Origin: a virus | Reading direction: 5' to 3' (one strand) | Virus record (IMG/VR): IMGVR_UViG_3300046535_001151 | Span: 1 to 64,000 of that record | Length of the DNA: 64,000 nucleotides | Shown: one piece after another, positions 40,451-50,497 of the stretch | Layout of the letters: each line of letters begins with the position of its first letter | Numbering within the stretch: position 1 is the first letter of the stretch | Notes under the pieces: model-generated | Databases searched by the model: none | What the model was told of the DNA's origin: nothing | The model's input: the letters and a program-made list of their open reading frames with translations, nothing else | Program-made: the position numbers and the translations under genes

Positions 40451-41277
40451 GCCTGACCTTGGCGATTGTCACGGCCTCGACCAATCTCGAGCGGGCCGCA
40501 CCCTGTCTCAAATCATGGCGGAAGGATGACGAGGTGCCGCTGATCATCGTGCTCCAGACCGATCAGGACGACTGGCGCACCGTGGTTACCGCCACCCATG
40601 TCGTGAGTCGAGACTACCTCGGCACGGTTCCAGCGTTCAGGCTGGGGGTGGACTATGCCCTCCGCGAGACCGATGCCGACATCATCGCCTGTCTCCATGA
40701 TGACGTGGAGCTGCTCCAGCCGGACTGGATCCAGCGGACCATTCGCCACTTTGAACTGACCGAGAACTGTGGGCTGCTCGGGTTCGGTGGGGCGATTGGC
40801 CTCGGGGCGGATGACATCTACAAGAAGCCCTACGATCCCATGCAGCTGGCGAGGATTGGGTTCCGATCGAATCTGGTCGATGCCGAGGTGCACGGACTGC
40901 GAAGTCTGTTGGCTGAACCTGTAGCTTGTTTAGACGGATTCAGTCAGGTCGGGCGGAGGGCCTTCTTCGAAGGAGACGCCAGTCCGCACACGCCCTCGTC
41001 ACAGGACTACGAACGGCCGTGGAGCTATCTGGAGGATCACGGGATTGTCCACCACCTCTACGACGGTCTGCTCGGGGCCCTCGCCGCTCGCCAAGGCTGG
41101 GAAGCGTGGTATCTGCCTATCAGGTGTCGACATCTCGGTGGACAGACGGCCGTGGGCGAGCGTGGCTACAGTGAGTGGGCCAAGCAGCAGATTCCCGAGG
41201 GCGATCACGGCTTCTGGCAGCAGAGTCACAAGATCGGGTACGAACTCTTCCGCGATCAGCTTCCGCTGAGGGTGTGA
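40447..41277 (+). CDS. GT2-like (GT-A) glycosyltransferase
   Basis: DIIACLHDDV, VACLDG, HLYD, CRHLGG. Confidence 0.8.
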   Translation: MSLTLAIVTASTNLERAAPCLKSWRKDDEVPLIIVLQTDQDDWRTVVTATHVVSRDYLGTVPAFRLGVDYALRETDADIIACLHDDVELLQPDWIQRTIRHFELTENCGLLGFGGAIGLGADDIYKKPYDPMQLARIGFRSNLVDAEVHGLRSLLAEPVACLDGFSQVGRRAFFEGDASPHTPSSQDYERPWSYLEDHGIVHHLYDGLLGALAARQGWEAWYLPIRCRHLGGQTAVGERGYSEWAKQQIPEGDHGFWQQSHKIGYELFRDQLPLRV

Positions 41278-41540
41278 TGGCGCATATCAAACAGCGACGA
41301 GAAGCTCTGGAGGCCCAGCCTGATCCTGATCGCGTCCTCGGCAAGATCGCCCGGGTGTTCCCGTTGAAGGGCTTCGGGTTTCTCAAGGATGAAAACGGCG
41401 AGGAGTACTTCTTCCACCGGTCGGAGGTGCTCAGCGGTGGGCCGTTCGATGATCTCCAGGAGGGCTGGCGGGTCCAGTTCGTGAAGGGTCAGGGGCCGAA
41501 GGGGCTGAGAGCGAGTGAAGTTACAGTGCAGCGTCCCTAG
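41277..41540 (+). CDS. Cold-shock domain protein
   Basis: RNP1 KGFGFL, RNP2 YFFHRS, LQEG.RV.F, GPKGLRA. Confidence 0.9.
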   Translation: MAHIKQRREALEAQPDPDRVLGKIARVFPLKGFGFLKDENGEEYFFHRSEVLSGGPFDDLQEGWRVQFVKGQGPKGLRASEVTVQRP

Positions 41541-41602
41541 TACGTACGTCTAAGGCCGTCTAGGCCGAAGACGGACGGGGTGGAGGTTGTGGTGGTGAAC
41601 AT

Positions 41603-42421
41603 ATGTTGAGTGTCACATTTCCGGGGCGTGCGGGAGACCTGTTATGGTCGTTGCCCACCGTCCGAGCCCTCGCCGAGATCCACGGGCCCGTCTCGCTGAG
41701 AATCGCCGGCGAGTTCGCCAGCATGCTGCCCCTGCTGCAGCAACAGCCCTACCTCAAAGTCGTGGTGGCGGATCATGCCTGGAGTCTCACACCTCCCAAT
41801 GAGTGGCAACCTCCTACTGTAGAAGAGGGGGAGATTCATCTGGGCTACCGCGGCTGGCCGGATCAACCCCTCGCGCAGTACATCTACGGGATTCTCAAGT
41901 ACCACTATCCGCATCTGGCGGTGGCAGGACTGGACCTAGACACCCCGTGGATCACCCTGCCCCCACTGCCGACTCGCTGGGGAACCTCTGCGACTCCTGT
42001 GGGGTTTACTGAGGCGTGGTTCGAACTGAAGGTCGGCCTGCTCCACATTCTCGATCGCGAATTCGAGTGGACGAAGGAGCGGGAGGAATCGGGACAGCCC
42101 TATACCGCCCTGATGCAAATGGCAGCACCCGGAGGTCGCTGGGAGAAACTCGGGTGGCCAGCCTACTCATGGTTGGAATCGGCGGAATTCATCACCGCGA
42201 GTAGCTTGTTCGTGGGGGACTGTTCAGCCCTCCATGTGCTCGCGGTGGCCTGTGGGACTCCGGTGATCGTAGTGGAACCGATGGAGGCACGCTGGAATGA
42301 CATCTTCTATCCAGTCGGGAAGGTGGGGCGCGTACACCTGGTTACCGGCAACGACGGACTCCCCACATTCGACGCTCGGCATGTCGCAGACACGATTCGA
42401 GGGGCGCTTAATGGGCGATGA
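41603..42421 (+). CDS. GT9 (heptosyltransferase-like) glycosyltransferase
   Basis: GRAGDLLWSLPTVRAL; LFVGDCSALHVLAVACGTPVI. Confidence 0.75.
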   Translation: MLSVTFPGRAGDLLWSLPTVRALAEIHGPVSLRIAGEFASMLPLLQQQPYLKVVVADHAWSLTPPNEWQPPTVEEGEIHLGYRGWPDQPLAQYIYGILKYHYPHLAVAGLDLDTPWITLPPLPTRWGTSATPVGFTEAWFELKVGLLHILDREFEWTKEREESGQPYTALMQMAAPGGRWEKLGWPAYSWLESAEFITASSLFVGDCSALHVLAVACGTPVIVVEPMEARWNDIFYPVGKVGRVHLVTGNDGLPTFDARHVADTIRGALNGR

Positions 42422-43106
42422 AGTCGTCACCACTCCGTATGGGAAATTCTTCGTCGACCCCGAGGACTGCATCGGTGGCACCCTGAAAGCTGGCACCATC
42501 TGGGACGGGCCAGGATTCCTCCAAGTCGTCCTCAAGGACTACACGACAGTCGGCACGACTGTCATTGACATCGGCGCCAACTTCGGCAGCTTCACCGTCT
42601 ACTGTGCCTCCAAAGGCTACAAGGTGATCGCGGTCGAACCCATGCCGGAGACCCTGAGATACCTCCGTGCCACCTTGGACCTGAACCAGGATTCGTGTGC
42701 GGACAAGGTGATCCTCCTGCCGTTCGCGGCCTATGACAAGCGGTGCTTCCTGACCAATCACGACTTCGTGGATCACAACTTCGGCAGTCCGAGCCTCGTG
42801 CCCATGCAGGAGGGAGACAAGCTGTTCGCCGAGGCCGTCCCGCTCGACGACTACCGCATGCTGTTCGGCTCGGTCGGGTTGATCAAGGTGGATGCTCAGG
42901 GCTGTGATGCCGTGGCCATCTTCGGCCTCGAGAAGACGATCCGCAAGCAGCACCCCACCATCGTGTTTGAGTGGGAAGAGGAGATGGCCAAACCACATGG
43001 CTACAACCTGAACAATCTCATCGCCACGCTGGAGGTCTGGGGCTACCAAGTCATCCAGTGGCCGAGCCACCGGTCGAACTATCTCGCGGTCTGGGGGACA
43101 CGGTGA
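42411..43106 (+). CDS. FkbM-family methyltransferase
   Basis: VIDIGANFG, VIAVEP, PLDD, LIKVDAQGCD, PTIVFE. Confidence 0.9.
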   Translation: MGDEVVTTPYGKFFVDPEDCIGGTLKAGTIWDGPGFLQVVLKDYTTVGTTVIDIGANFGSFTVYCASKGYKVIAVEPMPETLRYLRATLDLNQDSCADKVILLPFAAYDKRCFLTNHDFVDHNFGSPSLVPMQEGDKLFAEAVPLDDYRMLFGSVGLIKVDAQGCDAVAIFGLEKTIRKQHPTIVFEWEEEMAKPHGYNLNNLIATLEVWGYQVIQWPSHRSNYLAVWGTR

Positions 43107-43495
43107 GACTGAAGAACTACGGAGCCGGCGAGGTGAGTGATCGACTGTCCATTCTCGCCCTGAAGCGGCTGTTCGGGACTGAGGCTGGCAAGGATGTCAA
43201 ACACTTCGAGGCCGAGCACGCGGTCCTGTTGAGTGAGATTCGTACCCGCACCCTGAATGGCAAGTGGTTCGATGCCTACACCCAGCTCGCGGCGGTGAAT
43301 GCGGCTCTGTGGCATGCGGAGGATGATCTCCGATCACTCCGTACCGAGGATCCGCCGGTGAATCTCATCGGGTGGCAGGCCGCGGGAGAATTGGCCTTCC
43401 GTATTCAGGGACTGAACGACCGCCGAGCGGAGTTGGTTCGCCTGATCAACCATGATGCCGGAGACGCGATTGGAGAAGAGAAGATCAATGGCTAA
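43103..43495 (+). CDS. DUF6165-like protein (glycosylation-locus associated)
   Basis: GEVSDRLSILALK, L..VN..LW.AED.LR, LNDRRAELVR.IN. Confidence 0.65.
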   Translation: MRLKNYGAGEVSDRLSILALKRLFGTEAGKDVKHFEAEHAVLLSEIRTRTLNGKWFDAYTQLAAVNAALWHAEDDLRSLRTEDPPVNLIGWQAAGELAFRIQGLNDRRAELVRLINHDAGDAIGEEKING

Positions 43496-44435
43496 CCCCC
43501 TCCATGTGCTGCTGGTCACCTCGTGGGGTCAGCTCCAATGCGGCATTCAGGCGCATAGCAAGCAGCTGATCCACTACGTGAAACAGGCCGATCCCGACAT
43601 CGTGATCACCCCATCCGCCGACTCCCTCGATCCGGTCGAATGTGGAAAGCAGCCTCCACCGGTCGATGTAATCCATCTGAACTGGCACCGGGCCCTCCAC
43701 TCCCGCTGGAGTCCGGCGTGGATCCGTCAGTACCAACAGCTTGGGGTGAAGTTCGTGGTGACCTGGCACGATACGATGGGCCACGAACCCCCCGACCAGC
43801 TGTCGAAGGAGGTCCACGACGTCGCGGATGCCTTCATCGTCCACGAACCGGTCATCGGGCTGGAGCAGGCGATCTACTGGCGACAGGCGGTCCCGGAGAT
43901 GAATGGCTACCAAGCAGACCGTACTGGGATCTATGGGCGTCCCTTCGTGGGCTCGGTGGGGTTCGACTTCGGCTGGAAGAATTACGATCGCCTCTGTGAG
44001 ATTGCCTATGCTGTGGGCTGGGGAGTCGCCCTGTGTGTGCCGGAGATGTCGAAGGATCGAGAGGCCGATCTCCGTCAGCGCAATCCATGGCTCGTCGTGC
44101 GGAGGAACGAAGGACTGCAAGAGGTCCTCGCCCTCCTCCATGTCTGCCAAGCGACCGCCTTCCTCTACGTGAATGGCAACTCAGGCACCTCGGCCGCGAT
44201 CCGCATCGGGATTGGGGCGAGGAAGCCGGTGATCGCCATGGCTGGCCAGCGGCAGTTCAGGGATCTCCACGATGAGATGGCCATTCGCTGGTCCACGAGC
44301 ATGGAGCACGCACAAGATCTCCTCGTGGGTCTGCGCTGTGGTGACTGGGATGGACGCACGGTCGAACTCGCGAATCGTGACAGCTGGAGACACGCGGGAC
44401 GGAAGCACGCGGAGTTGTATCGGAGCCTGGTATGA
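43488..44435 (+). CDS. GT-B (GT4-like) glycosyltransferase
   Basis: VTSWG...CGI..HS, DVIHLNWH, VVTWHD, GF...WKNY, SAAIRIGIGARKPVI, SW. Confidence 0.7.
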   Translation: MANPLHVLLVTSWGQLQCGIQAHSKQLIHYVKQADPDIVITPSADSLDPVECGKQPPPVDVIHLNWHRALHSRWSPAWIRQYQQLGVKFVVTWHDTMGHEPPDQLSKEVHDVADAFIVHEPVIGLEQAIYWRQAVPEMNGYQADRTGIYGRPFVGSVGFDFGWKNYDRLCEIAYAVGWGVALCVPEMSKDREADLRQRNPWLVVRRNEGLQEVLALLHVCQATAFLYVNGNSGTSAAIRIGIGARKPVIAMAGQRQFRDLHDEMAIRWSTSMEHAQDLLVGLRCGDWDGRTVELANRDSWRHAGRKHAELYRSLV

Positions 44436-46200
44436 CCCCCGACTGGGTGATCGCCCTCCAAGCCCGCTATCCCCGGAACCCCGCTACCGTGCGGGCCAGT
44501 GCTCGGCGCCGGCAGCGACGACTCTACAACCGCCGACGGGCTAAACAGGTCTGTCCCAAATGCGGGGTGAAGACGCAGAAGTTTGTCTACTGTCTCCACC
44601 ACCGTACATTACATGCCGAGATGGATCGACGTCGACGAGCACTGGAGAATTGAGTATGCCGAGGACCCCCGCCCCGCTCACCGTGGAACAGCTCAGGCTG
44701 AGAGGCCGCTATTCGTGGTGGAACCTCACCGATCCTGACGGCAACGTCGTCGCTGAGTTTCGTGAGGAAGCGGACGCCCGCGCCTTCGTGGCGCTGCCCG
44801 CGCTGATTGAGGCGAGTAGAACGCTGCTTAAATACTGTTCGCGTCGTGACGGTAGCATCGCCTCTCACGAGGACTGCGTGATGACGTTTGTCGAGGATGG
44901 TTCCACGCTCAGCGAGTGCATCGAAAAGGCTCAAGCCGCCCTCGCGCAGGCGGACGGCCCCTCGCAGGAGCAGGGATGACTGAGCAACATTTACAGGAAT
45001 GTCTTGAGCGGCTGGACGACGCGAAACGTCTGATCGAGGCAATCCGCGTGGACTTGCGTGGCGCTCAGGAATTTCGTGATGCCGTCTTCGATCTGCTAGA
45101 AGACACGCCATTTCATTCTAGGGCAGAAGGTTACGACGGACTCTATGACCGTGTGCGTGCAGCAATCAATGCGGCCCCTGACGGCCCCGAGGAGGCGCGA
45201 TGAGCCTCGTAGCAGATCGCTACTCCTGGGAAGTGGACGAGTGGCGCGAGAAGGCCCACGATGCTTACGCCAAGCTCGACAGGTGTGAGAAAGAGCGGGA
45301 GTTTCACACCAGAAAACTGGAGCAGACCGTGGCATGGCTCACCGTTCAACTTCGTGAGAAGGATGAAATGATCGCGGCGTTGAAGGCGGCGGGCGCTGAG
45401 AGGACCGACCCATGATCGCAGGCGCTTTTCTCGCAGGGTTTATTGTTGGGGCGTTGTTCTGTTCGTGCCTCGTGTTCTGGCGGTATTGAGGAGGTCGCTG
45501 ATGTCTGAGTCCCGCCCCCCACAACGGATTCTGCGTCACCCAGCCACGGTGCGTCTGTTCCAATCGGCCGCGCAACGATTTCTGGCCTTGCAGGCGCGGC
45601 ACCGGGAATCGTGCGATCTGCTGTGGGCGGGGACGTTGGCGAGCCAGTTCACAGCGGCGGAACTCTCACTGCTTAGTGACTACCTATGCCCACGAGACCA
45701 TCACTTACTCCATGCTATAAAGAAGGCAGGCCGATGACCGCGTCCCGCCCCCCTGACGACAAACGGAAGTCGAAGAAGCCACGCTATCGCCTCCATTGGA
45801 ACTCTAGCGGCGAGCCACGGCGAGAATTGAAGTGGGCCATCTATGACTGGCGCTTGATCTGTCCAGTGGCCTACTCGGAGACTCGCGTAGGCGGTCGTAG
45901 GTTGTGTGCGTTTCTCAATGCGGAGGCGTGATGGAAATCGTTGACCCACGGATAGATCCGGCGCTCGTTCCATCCGGTTCGCGTGCCGTGGTGATTGCAG
46001 AGCACCAGAGCGAATACCGCGACTTGCCATCGGTGCGGACGCCTGACGGCCAAGTGATTACGCGCTGGACACTGAGCGACGAGGAGCGAGCGGCTATCGT
46101 GCGTGGCGAGGACATCTTCGTGACGCTGCTCTCGCGCGGCATGATCAACCCGTTGTTTGTCACCGTCGGGCCTGTGAATTGGGCCGAGGTAAACCGATGA
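44432..46200 (+). other. Array of ~8 small hypothetical ORFs (accessory island)
   Basis: Chain of ATGA-coupled 60-110-aa ORFs starting at 44432, 44656, 44976, 45200, 45501, 45734, 45931. Confidence 0.55.
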
Positions 46201-46859
46201 CCGCCGCGTCCCGCCCCCCTGACGACACCCCGCCGCAAGTATTTGTGCAGCCTTCGTGGTATCTGGAGTGTCGGCTGCACGGCCACGATGCTGATTACGT
46301 CAACGTGCGCGAAGGTGGTGGCGCGGCCACTCAATGCCGGATCTTTCGATGTCGAGAGTGCGACTGTTCAGAAACGGTAGAACCGACAACGGCGCTGCAT
46401 CCCGTCGCCCCTGACGACACCCCGCCGCACGAGGGGGATCCAGTTGAGTTGGATTATCAGCTTCTCTTGCGGCTAAAACTCGCCGAGGCCGAAGTCACCC
46501 GGCTCCGCGAGAGCGACAAAGTTGTGCCGCCGACCTGCACTTGTTGGCTAGGCAAGCGCGATGCGACTTTCGGCAGTTCCGAAGAACGGTATTATTGCCG
46601 GGTTCACGGTGATGACACCCCGCATTGGCAACCGATTGAGACGGCTCCGAGGGAACGTTATGTCCTACTCACGGAAGTCACCGAGCCAAGCGCGTCAGAC
46701 CTGCATCAGCATCCAGACTCCCAGCCAATAGCGCGGACCACGGTTGGCCGACTGGCGCATTGGGACGGTGAGTGGCGATGGGAACGCTATGGCATCGGCA
46801 ACATCTCGACTCGGCGGTTGACCCATTGGATGCCTTTACCGGAGCCGCCACATGAATAA
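46197..46859 (+). CDS. Mosaic protein with C-terminal DUF551 domain
   Basis: WQPIETAP...THWMPLPEPP; internal PDDTP repeats. Confidence 0.7.
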   Translation: MTAASRPPDDTPPQVFVQPSWYLECRLHGHDADYVNVREGGGAATQCRIFRCRECDCSETVEPTTALHPVAPDDTPPHEGDPVELDYQLLLRLKLAEAEVTRLRESDKVVPPTCTCWLGKRDATFGSSEERYYCRVHGDDTPHWQPIETAPRERYVLLTEVTEPSASDLHQHPDSQPIARTTVGRLAHWDGEWRWERYGIGNISTRRLTHWMPLPEPPHE

Positions 46860-47211
46860 GCCTGACCAGCCCGTCGCCCCTGACGACACCCCCACACGCC
46901 TCCTGACGATGAATTTAGATGAGGCGCTTGCAATGGCAGAAACCATCGAGGAGTTACGCGCCGAAGTCTCCCGTCTCCGCGAGGAAATGGCCCCTCTCTA
47001 CAACACGGAGCAGTGGTTGAGGTGGTGTGACATCAGAGTCCTCGAACGCGCTGAAGCGGCCGAGGCCGACGTCTCCCGTCTCCAGCAGGAGAACGCCCTC
47101 CTGAAACGGAGTCTGTCGATGCTGACGAAACAACTAGAACAGAAGGAAGCTGAATGGGAAGCCCAGCGGGACGATGAACGCTACCGAGATCGTACATCTG
47201 ATCATGAGTAA
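46852..47211 (+). CDS. Coiled-coil hypothetical protein
   Basis: AEVSRLRE repeats. Confidence 0.55.
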   Translation: MNKPDQPVAPDDTPTRLLTMNLDEALAMAETIEELRAEVSRLREEMAPLYNTEQWLRWCDIRVLERAEAAEADVSRLQQENALLKRSLSMLTKQLEQKEAEWEAQRDDERYRDRTSDHE

Positions 47212-48112
47212 CCCCCTCCGTGTCTGTCTCATCGGCAACCTCTCCGACCGTCGCTGTGGCTTCCAGAACGTGACCCAGCAGATGATCACCGCGCTGGAGC
47301 GGACGCCAGCAGTGGACCTGACGGTCTGGGACGGCACCTACTCGGCGATCTACGCCCGTCAGCAGGAAGGGGAGACCGGCTTCTTCCCCCTCGACATCCT
47401 CGACGGTCGCTACGACGTGGTACATCTCATCTGGAACGCCATGACCATGAACCACTACACCGGAGCCCGCTGGCAGTTGCTGCTCGATCAGGGCATCGTG
47501 ACCTCGTGGTGGGACGGTGGACCCTCCGATGCCTCCTGCCCATTCATCGACTTCCAGCAGGTGCGGTGGAGTGACTACCCCCGTGAGGGCTATACCCATC
47601 TCGACTACCCCGTGCCCGATTGGATCGATCACCTCCCTCCTCCGGATCCCACCTTCACCGTGGGGGCGAGTAGTGTGCGTGGAGACGGCATCGCCGAGAT
47701 CCAGTACATCTGTGAATCCAAAGGCTGGGCACTGAATCTCCCGACCCCCGGGGCGTGGCTGAGTGTCGAGGACGAAGTCCGTCGCCTCGCTCGGTCCACC
47801 GTGAATGTCTGTTGGTACAAGACCCCGCCGCTCTGGCTGAACCGAGCCTCGGCCCCCTCCATGCTGCTGGCCTCGCACCGGCCGCTGCTCATTAACAAGG
47901 ATCTGCTCGTGGCCCACCTCTGGGACGATCCGGAGATTTACCACGAAGCCATCACGACCCGTGGAGAGGAAGGGTTGGAGTCCGCCCTCATGAAGATCTA
48001 TCGTGCCGATCCGTTGTCGATTCCCCGGGCAGCCATCGATCGGATGTCCTGGAGTCGCGCCACCCAAACCTTTGTGTCTGTCTGGAGTGCTGCCCATGCT
48101 GCTCGCGCCTGA
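47204..48112 (+). CDS. Divergent GT-B glycosyltransferase (paralogue of 43488-44435)
   Basis: MSNPLRVCL...RCGF, DVVHLIW, ASAPSMLLASHRPLLI, MSW. Confidence 0.6.
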   Translation: MSNPLRVCLIGNLSDRRCGFQNVTQQMITALERTPAVDLTVWDGTYSAIYARQQEGETGFFPLDILDGRYDVVHLIWNAMTMNHYTGARWQLLLDQGIVTSWWDGGPSDASCPFIDFQQVRWSDYPREGYTHLDYPVPDWIDHLPPPDPTFTVGASSVRGDGIAEIQYICESKGWALNLPTPGAWLSVEDEVRRLARSTVNVCWYKTPPLWLNRASAPSMLLASHRPLLINKDLLVAHLWDDPEIYHEAITTRGEEGLESALMKIYRADPLSIPRAAIDRMSWSRATQTFVSVWSAAHAARA

Positions 48113-49343
48113 GAATCTGACCTGCCGCACCACCTGTCGCGCCTGTGGCGGCCCCCTCGATCCGCTCCTCGACCTCGGCACCCCAGCCCTGAGCGGCTTC
48201 GTCAAACCCGAGGACCCGGATCCGCCCTCCGCTCCCCTCGCCGCGGTGATCTGTCAAACCTGCGATCTGGTGCAGCTCTCGGTGAGTGTCAACCCACAAC
48301 TCCTCTATGGTGAGCAGTATTGGTATCACTCGGGCATCAACGAGATCATGGTGGAGGAGTTGAACTCGATCGCCAAGGAGGTCTGCTGGCGGGTACCACT
48401 CACCAGAACGACCAGAGTCCTCGACATCGGCGCGAACGATGGCACCCTGCTCCAGCAGTATGCGGTCCTCCGCGGGGATCAGTGTCCGACTCGTATGGCG
48501 GTCGAACCCGCGGCGAGTCTGATCCATGGACTGGCCGACAAGGCTCATACGGTGATTCACGGCTACTTCCCGCAGGGCACCTACGCCTTTCCCTCCGCGT
48601 CGATCCAGGCCATCACCTCGATCGCCTGCTTCTACGACATCGAGGATCCACGAGCAGCGGTCAGAGAGATCGACCGGCTCCTCACTGGAGTAGGCGTGTG
48701 GATTCTCCAGCTGCAGGATCTCCTCCAGATGGTCAAGGCCACCGCGTGGGACAACTTCTGCTTCGAGCACCTGACCTACTACTCCCTCCATACCTTCGAA
48801 CTCCTGCTGCGGGGGACTGACCTCCATGTCATCGCGGTCGAGCCGAGGAAGATCAACGGTGGGAGTATTCGGATCGTGGTGGCCCGGAGGAGTCAGGCAC
48901 CGGAGGAATCGGTTGATCGGTGGCGGCAGGCGGAACTCGGGCTGACTAGACGGAGGCTGAGTGTGTTTGCGTGGGAAGCCAAGGAACACTGCCAGCGCCT
49001 CGCCGACACCGTCCAACACTACGTCTTCGACCAAGGCATCCCGATCGACCTCTATGCCTGCTCGACCAAGGCCAACACCCTCCTGCAGTGGGCCAAGATT
49101 GGCCGGCGCCAGATCCGTTTTGGTGTGGAGCGGAGTCCGTTCAAGGTGGGACTGGTCACGGGCTGCACACGGATCCCGATCATCAGCGAGGAGACGTGGA
49201 GAGCGGATCCAGCCCCGATTGTACTTTTGGGAGCATGGCAATTCAGAGATGCCGTGATCAAGCGCGAAGCCGCGTATCTGGAATCTGGTGGGACCTTCCT
49301 CGTCCCGCTGCCCTCGGTGGAGGTGATCCGTGGCCGCTCCTGA
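48096..49343 (+). CDS. NDP-hexose C-methyltransferase, copy 2
   Basis: CRAC...CQTC Zn site, YWYHSG, VLDIGANDGTLL, FCFEHLTYY, NGGS, STKANTLL, LGAWQF, GGTFLVPLP. Confidence 0.9.
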   Translation: MLLAPENLTCRTTCRACGGPLDPLLDLGTPALSGFVKPEDPDPPSAPLAAVICQTCDLVQLSVSVNPQLLYGEQYWYHSGINEIMVEELNSIAKEVCWRVPLTRTTRVLDIGANDGTLLQQYAVLRGDQCPTRMAVEPAASLIHGLADKAHTVIHGYFPQGTYAFPSASIQAITSIACFYDIEDPRAAVREIDRLLTGVGVWILQLQDLLQMVKATAWDNFCFEHLTYYSLHTFELLLRGTDLHVIAVEPRKINGGSIRIVVARRSQAPEESVDRWRQAELGLTRRRLSVFAWEAKEHCQRLADTVQHYVFDQGIPIDLYACSTKANTLLQWAKIGRRQIRFGVERSPFKVGLVTGCTRIPIISEETWRADPAPIVLLGAWQFRDAVIKREAAYLESGGTFLVPLPSVEVIRGRS

Positions 49344-49655
49344 GATCCCCCAACCGATCTGCCCCTTCTGCGGCTGTGATGACGAGCGGGTCGAAGCCCT
49401 CGTCACTACCAAGCGATCCATCGCCATGGCCTGTGGGAACTGTAGCAAGACCTGGTCGATTCCCAAGGAGGGAGCATGACCCAGGCCCAGATCCGTATCG
49501 GTGTCCTGCTGTTCCTCACCGGCGCTGCGGGCTTCTGCCTGATCGTGGGCCTGACCAATATTCCCCACTGGAACCGCTGGGGGACAGCGGGGATCGTGTT
49601 CTACGTGCTGGCGTATGTGTATAGTCAGGTGACCAAGTCGAGGGGGTTGATGTGA
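49330..49655 (+). CDS. Small Zn-ribbon ORF (49330-49479) and 2-TM membrane ORF (49476-49655)
   Basis: Hand-translated: CPFC...CGNC; MTQAQIRIGVLLFLTGAAGFCLIVG...GIVFYVLAYVY. Confidence 0.5.
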
Positions 49656-50497
49656 TTCCGATTGTGATGCCGGTACTGGGAGCCCCTGAACTCACTGAAG
49701 CAGCCATCGCAGACTGTCTCGCACAGAGCATCCCCACGAGGCTGCTCATAGTGAATCAAGGGGTCCCCACTCCGTTCCGGTCGAGGCTGGAGCAGATCGC
49801 GGAGGAATACGCCGACCGGATCCTCCTCTGGCATCACGATCCCCCACTGCCCAGTCTGTCGGCGACGTGGAACCGAGCACTGAGGTTCTGTTGGGAGTCT
49901 GGAGCCGACAGGGCGTTAGTCATCAACAACGATGTGCGGCTGTCGGATCTCACCGTCGGGATGCTCAGCATGAACATGGATCGCGCAGACGCCCTGTTCA
50001 TCACCGCTGTCGGTGTGACTGGAGAACAGTTCGCCGCGTGGCCGGAGAGTGATGCCATGTCCTTCTGGACACGAGAGACGACCAGTGGGATTCCCCCGAA
50101 TAGCAAGGGAGGACCCGACTTCTCCTGCTACCTGATCTCCAAAGAGGCGCACGAGAAGTACCCCTTCGACGAAGCCTTCATCCCGGCCTTCTGTGAAGAC
50201 CTCGACACCCACCGGCGCTATATGCTCGGCGGTGACGGCCATCGGATCTTCTCGATCAACCTCCCCTTCCACCACATCGGTGGCGGATCGCAGACCCTGA
50301 AGTCGATGAGTCCCGAGGCTCGGGCCAAGCATGAAGCCCGAATTGGGATCTCCCGTGCTCACTACAAGGCCAAATGGGGTGGGGATGTGAACCAGGAACG
50401 CTACACGATCCCGTTTGATCCACAGAGTGATCAGGACGGGGTGACCACTCCTGAACTCCAGAAGGCTATTCAGGCTGCCGAGGCTGTCGGTGTATAA
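49652..50497 (+). CDS. GT2 glycosyltransferase
   Basis: IVMPV, SATWN, LVINNDV, FSCYLI, FDEAFIPAFCEDLD..RR, HHIGGGS. Confidence 0.85.
   Translation: MIPIVMPVLGAPELTEAAIADCLAQSIPTRLLIVNQGVPTPFRSRLEQIAEEYADRILLWHHDPPLPSLSATWNRALRFCWESGADRALVINNDVRLSDLTVGMLSMNMDRADALFITAVGVTGEQFAAWPESDAMSFWTRETTSGIPPNSKGGPDFSCYLISKEAHEKYPFDEAFIPAFCEDLDTHRRYMLGGDGHRIFSINLPFHHIGGGSQTLKSMSPEARAKHEARIGISRAHYKAKWGGDVNQERYTIPFDPQSDQDGVTTPELQKAIQAAEAVGV

Noticed and set aside
45738-46892. CRISPR-like array from the CCCCTGACGACA repeats
   Set aside because: Spacing is irregular (200-470 bp), the repeats are in-frame coding, and there is no cas operon; the Cas4-like gene is an ordinary phage recombination nuclease beside ERF
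47988-49568. Long antisense ORFs (e.g. 47988-49568 minus, 8968-10155 plus, 22046-23035 plus)
   Set aside because: Shadow frames of well-supported genes in high-GC DNA, with no motifs or RBS
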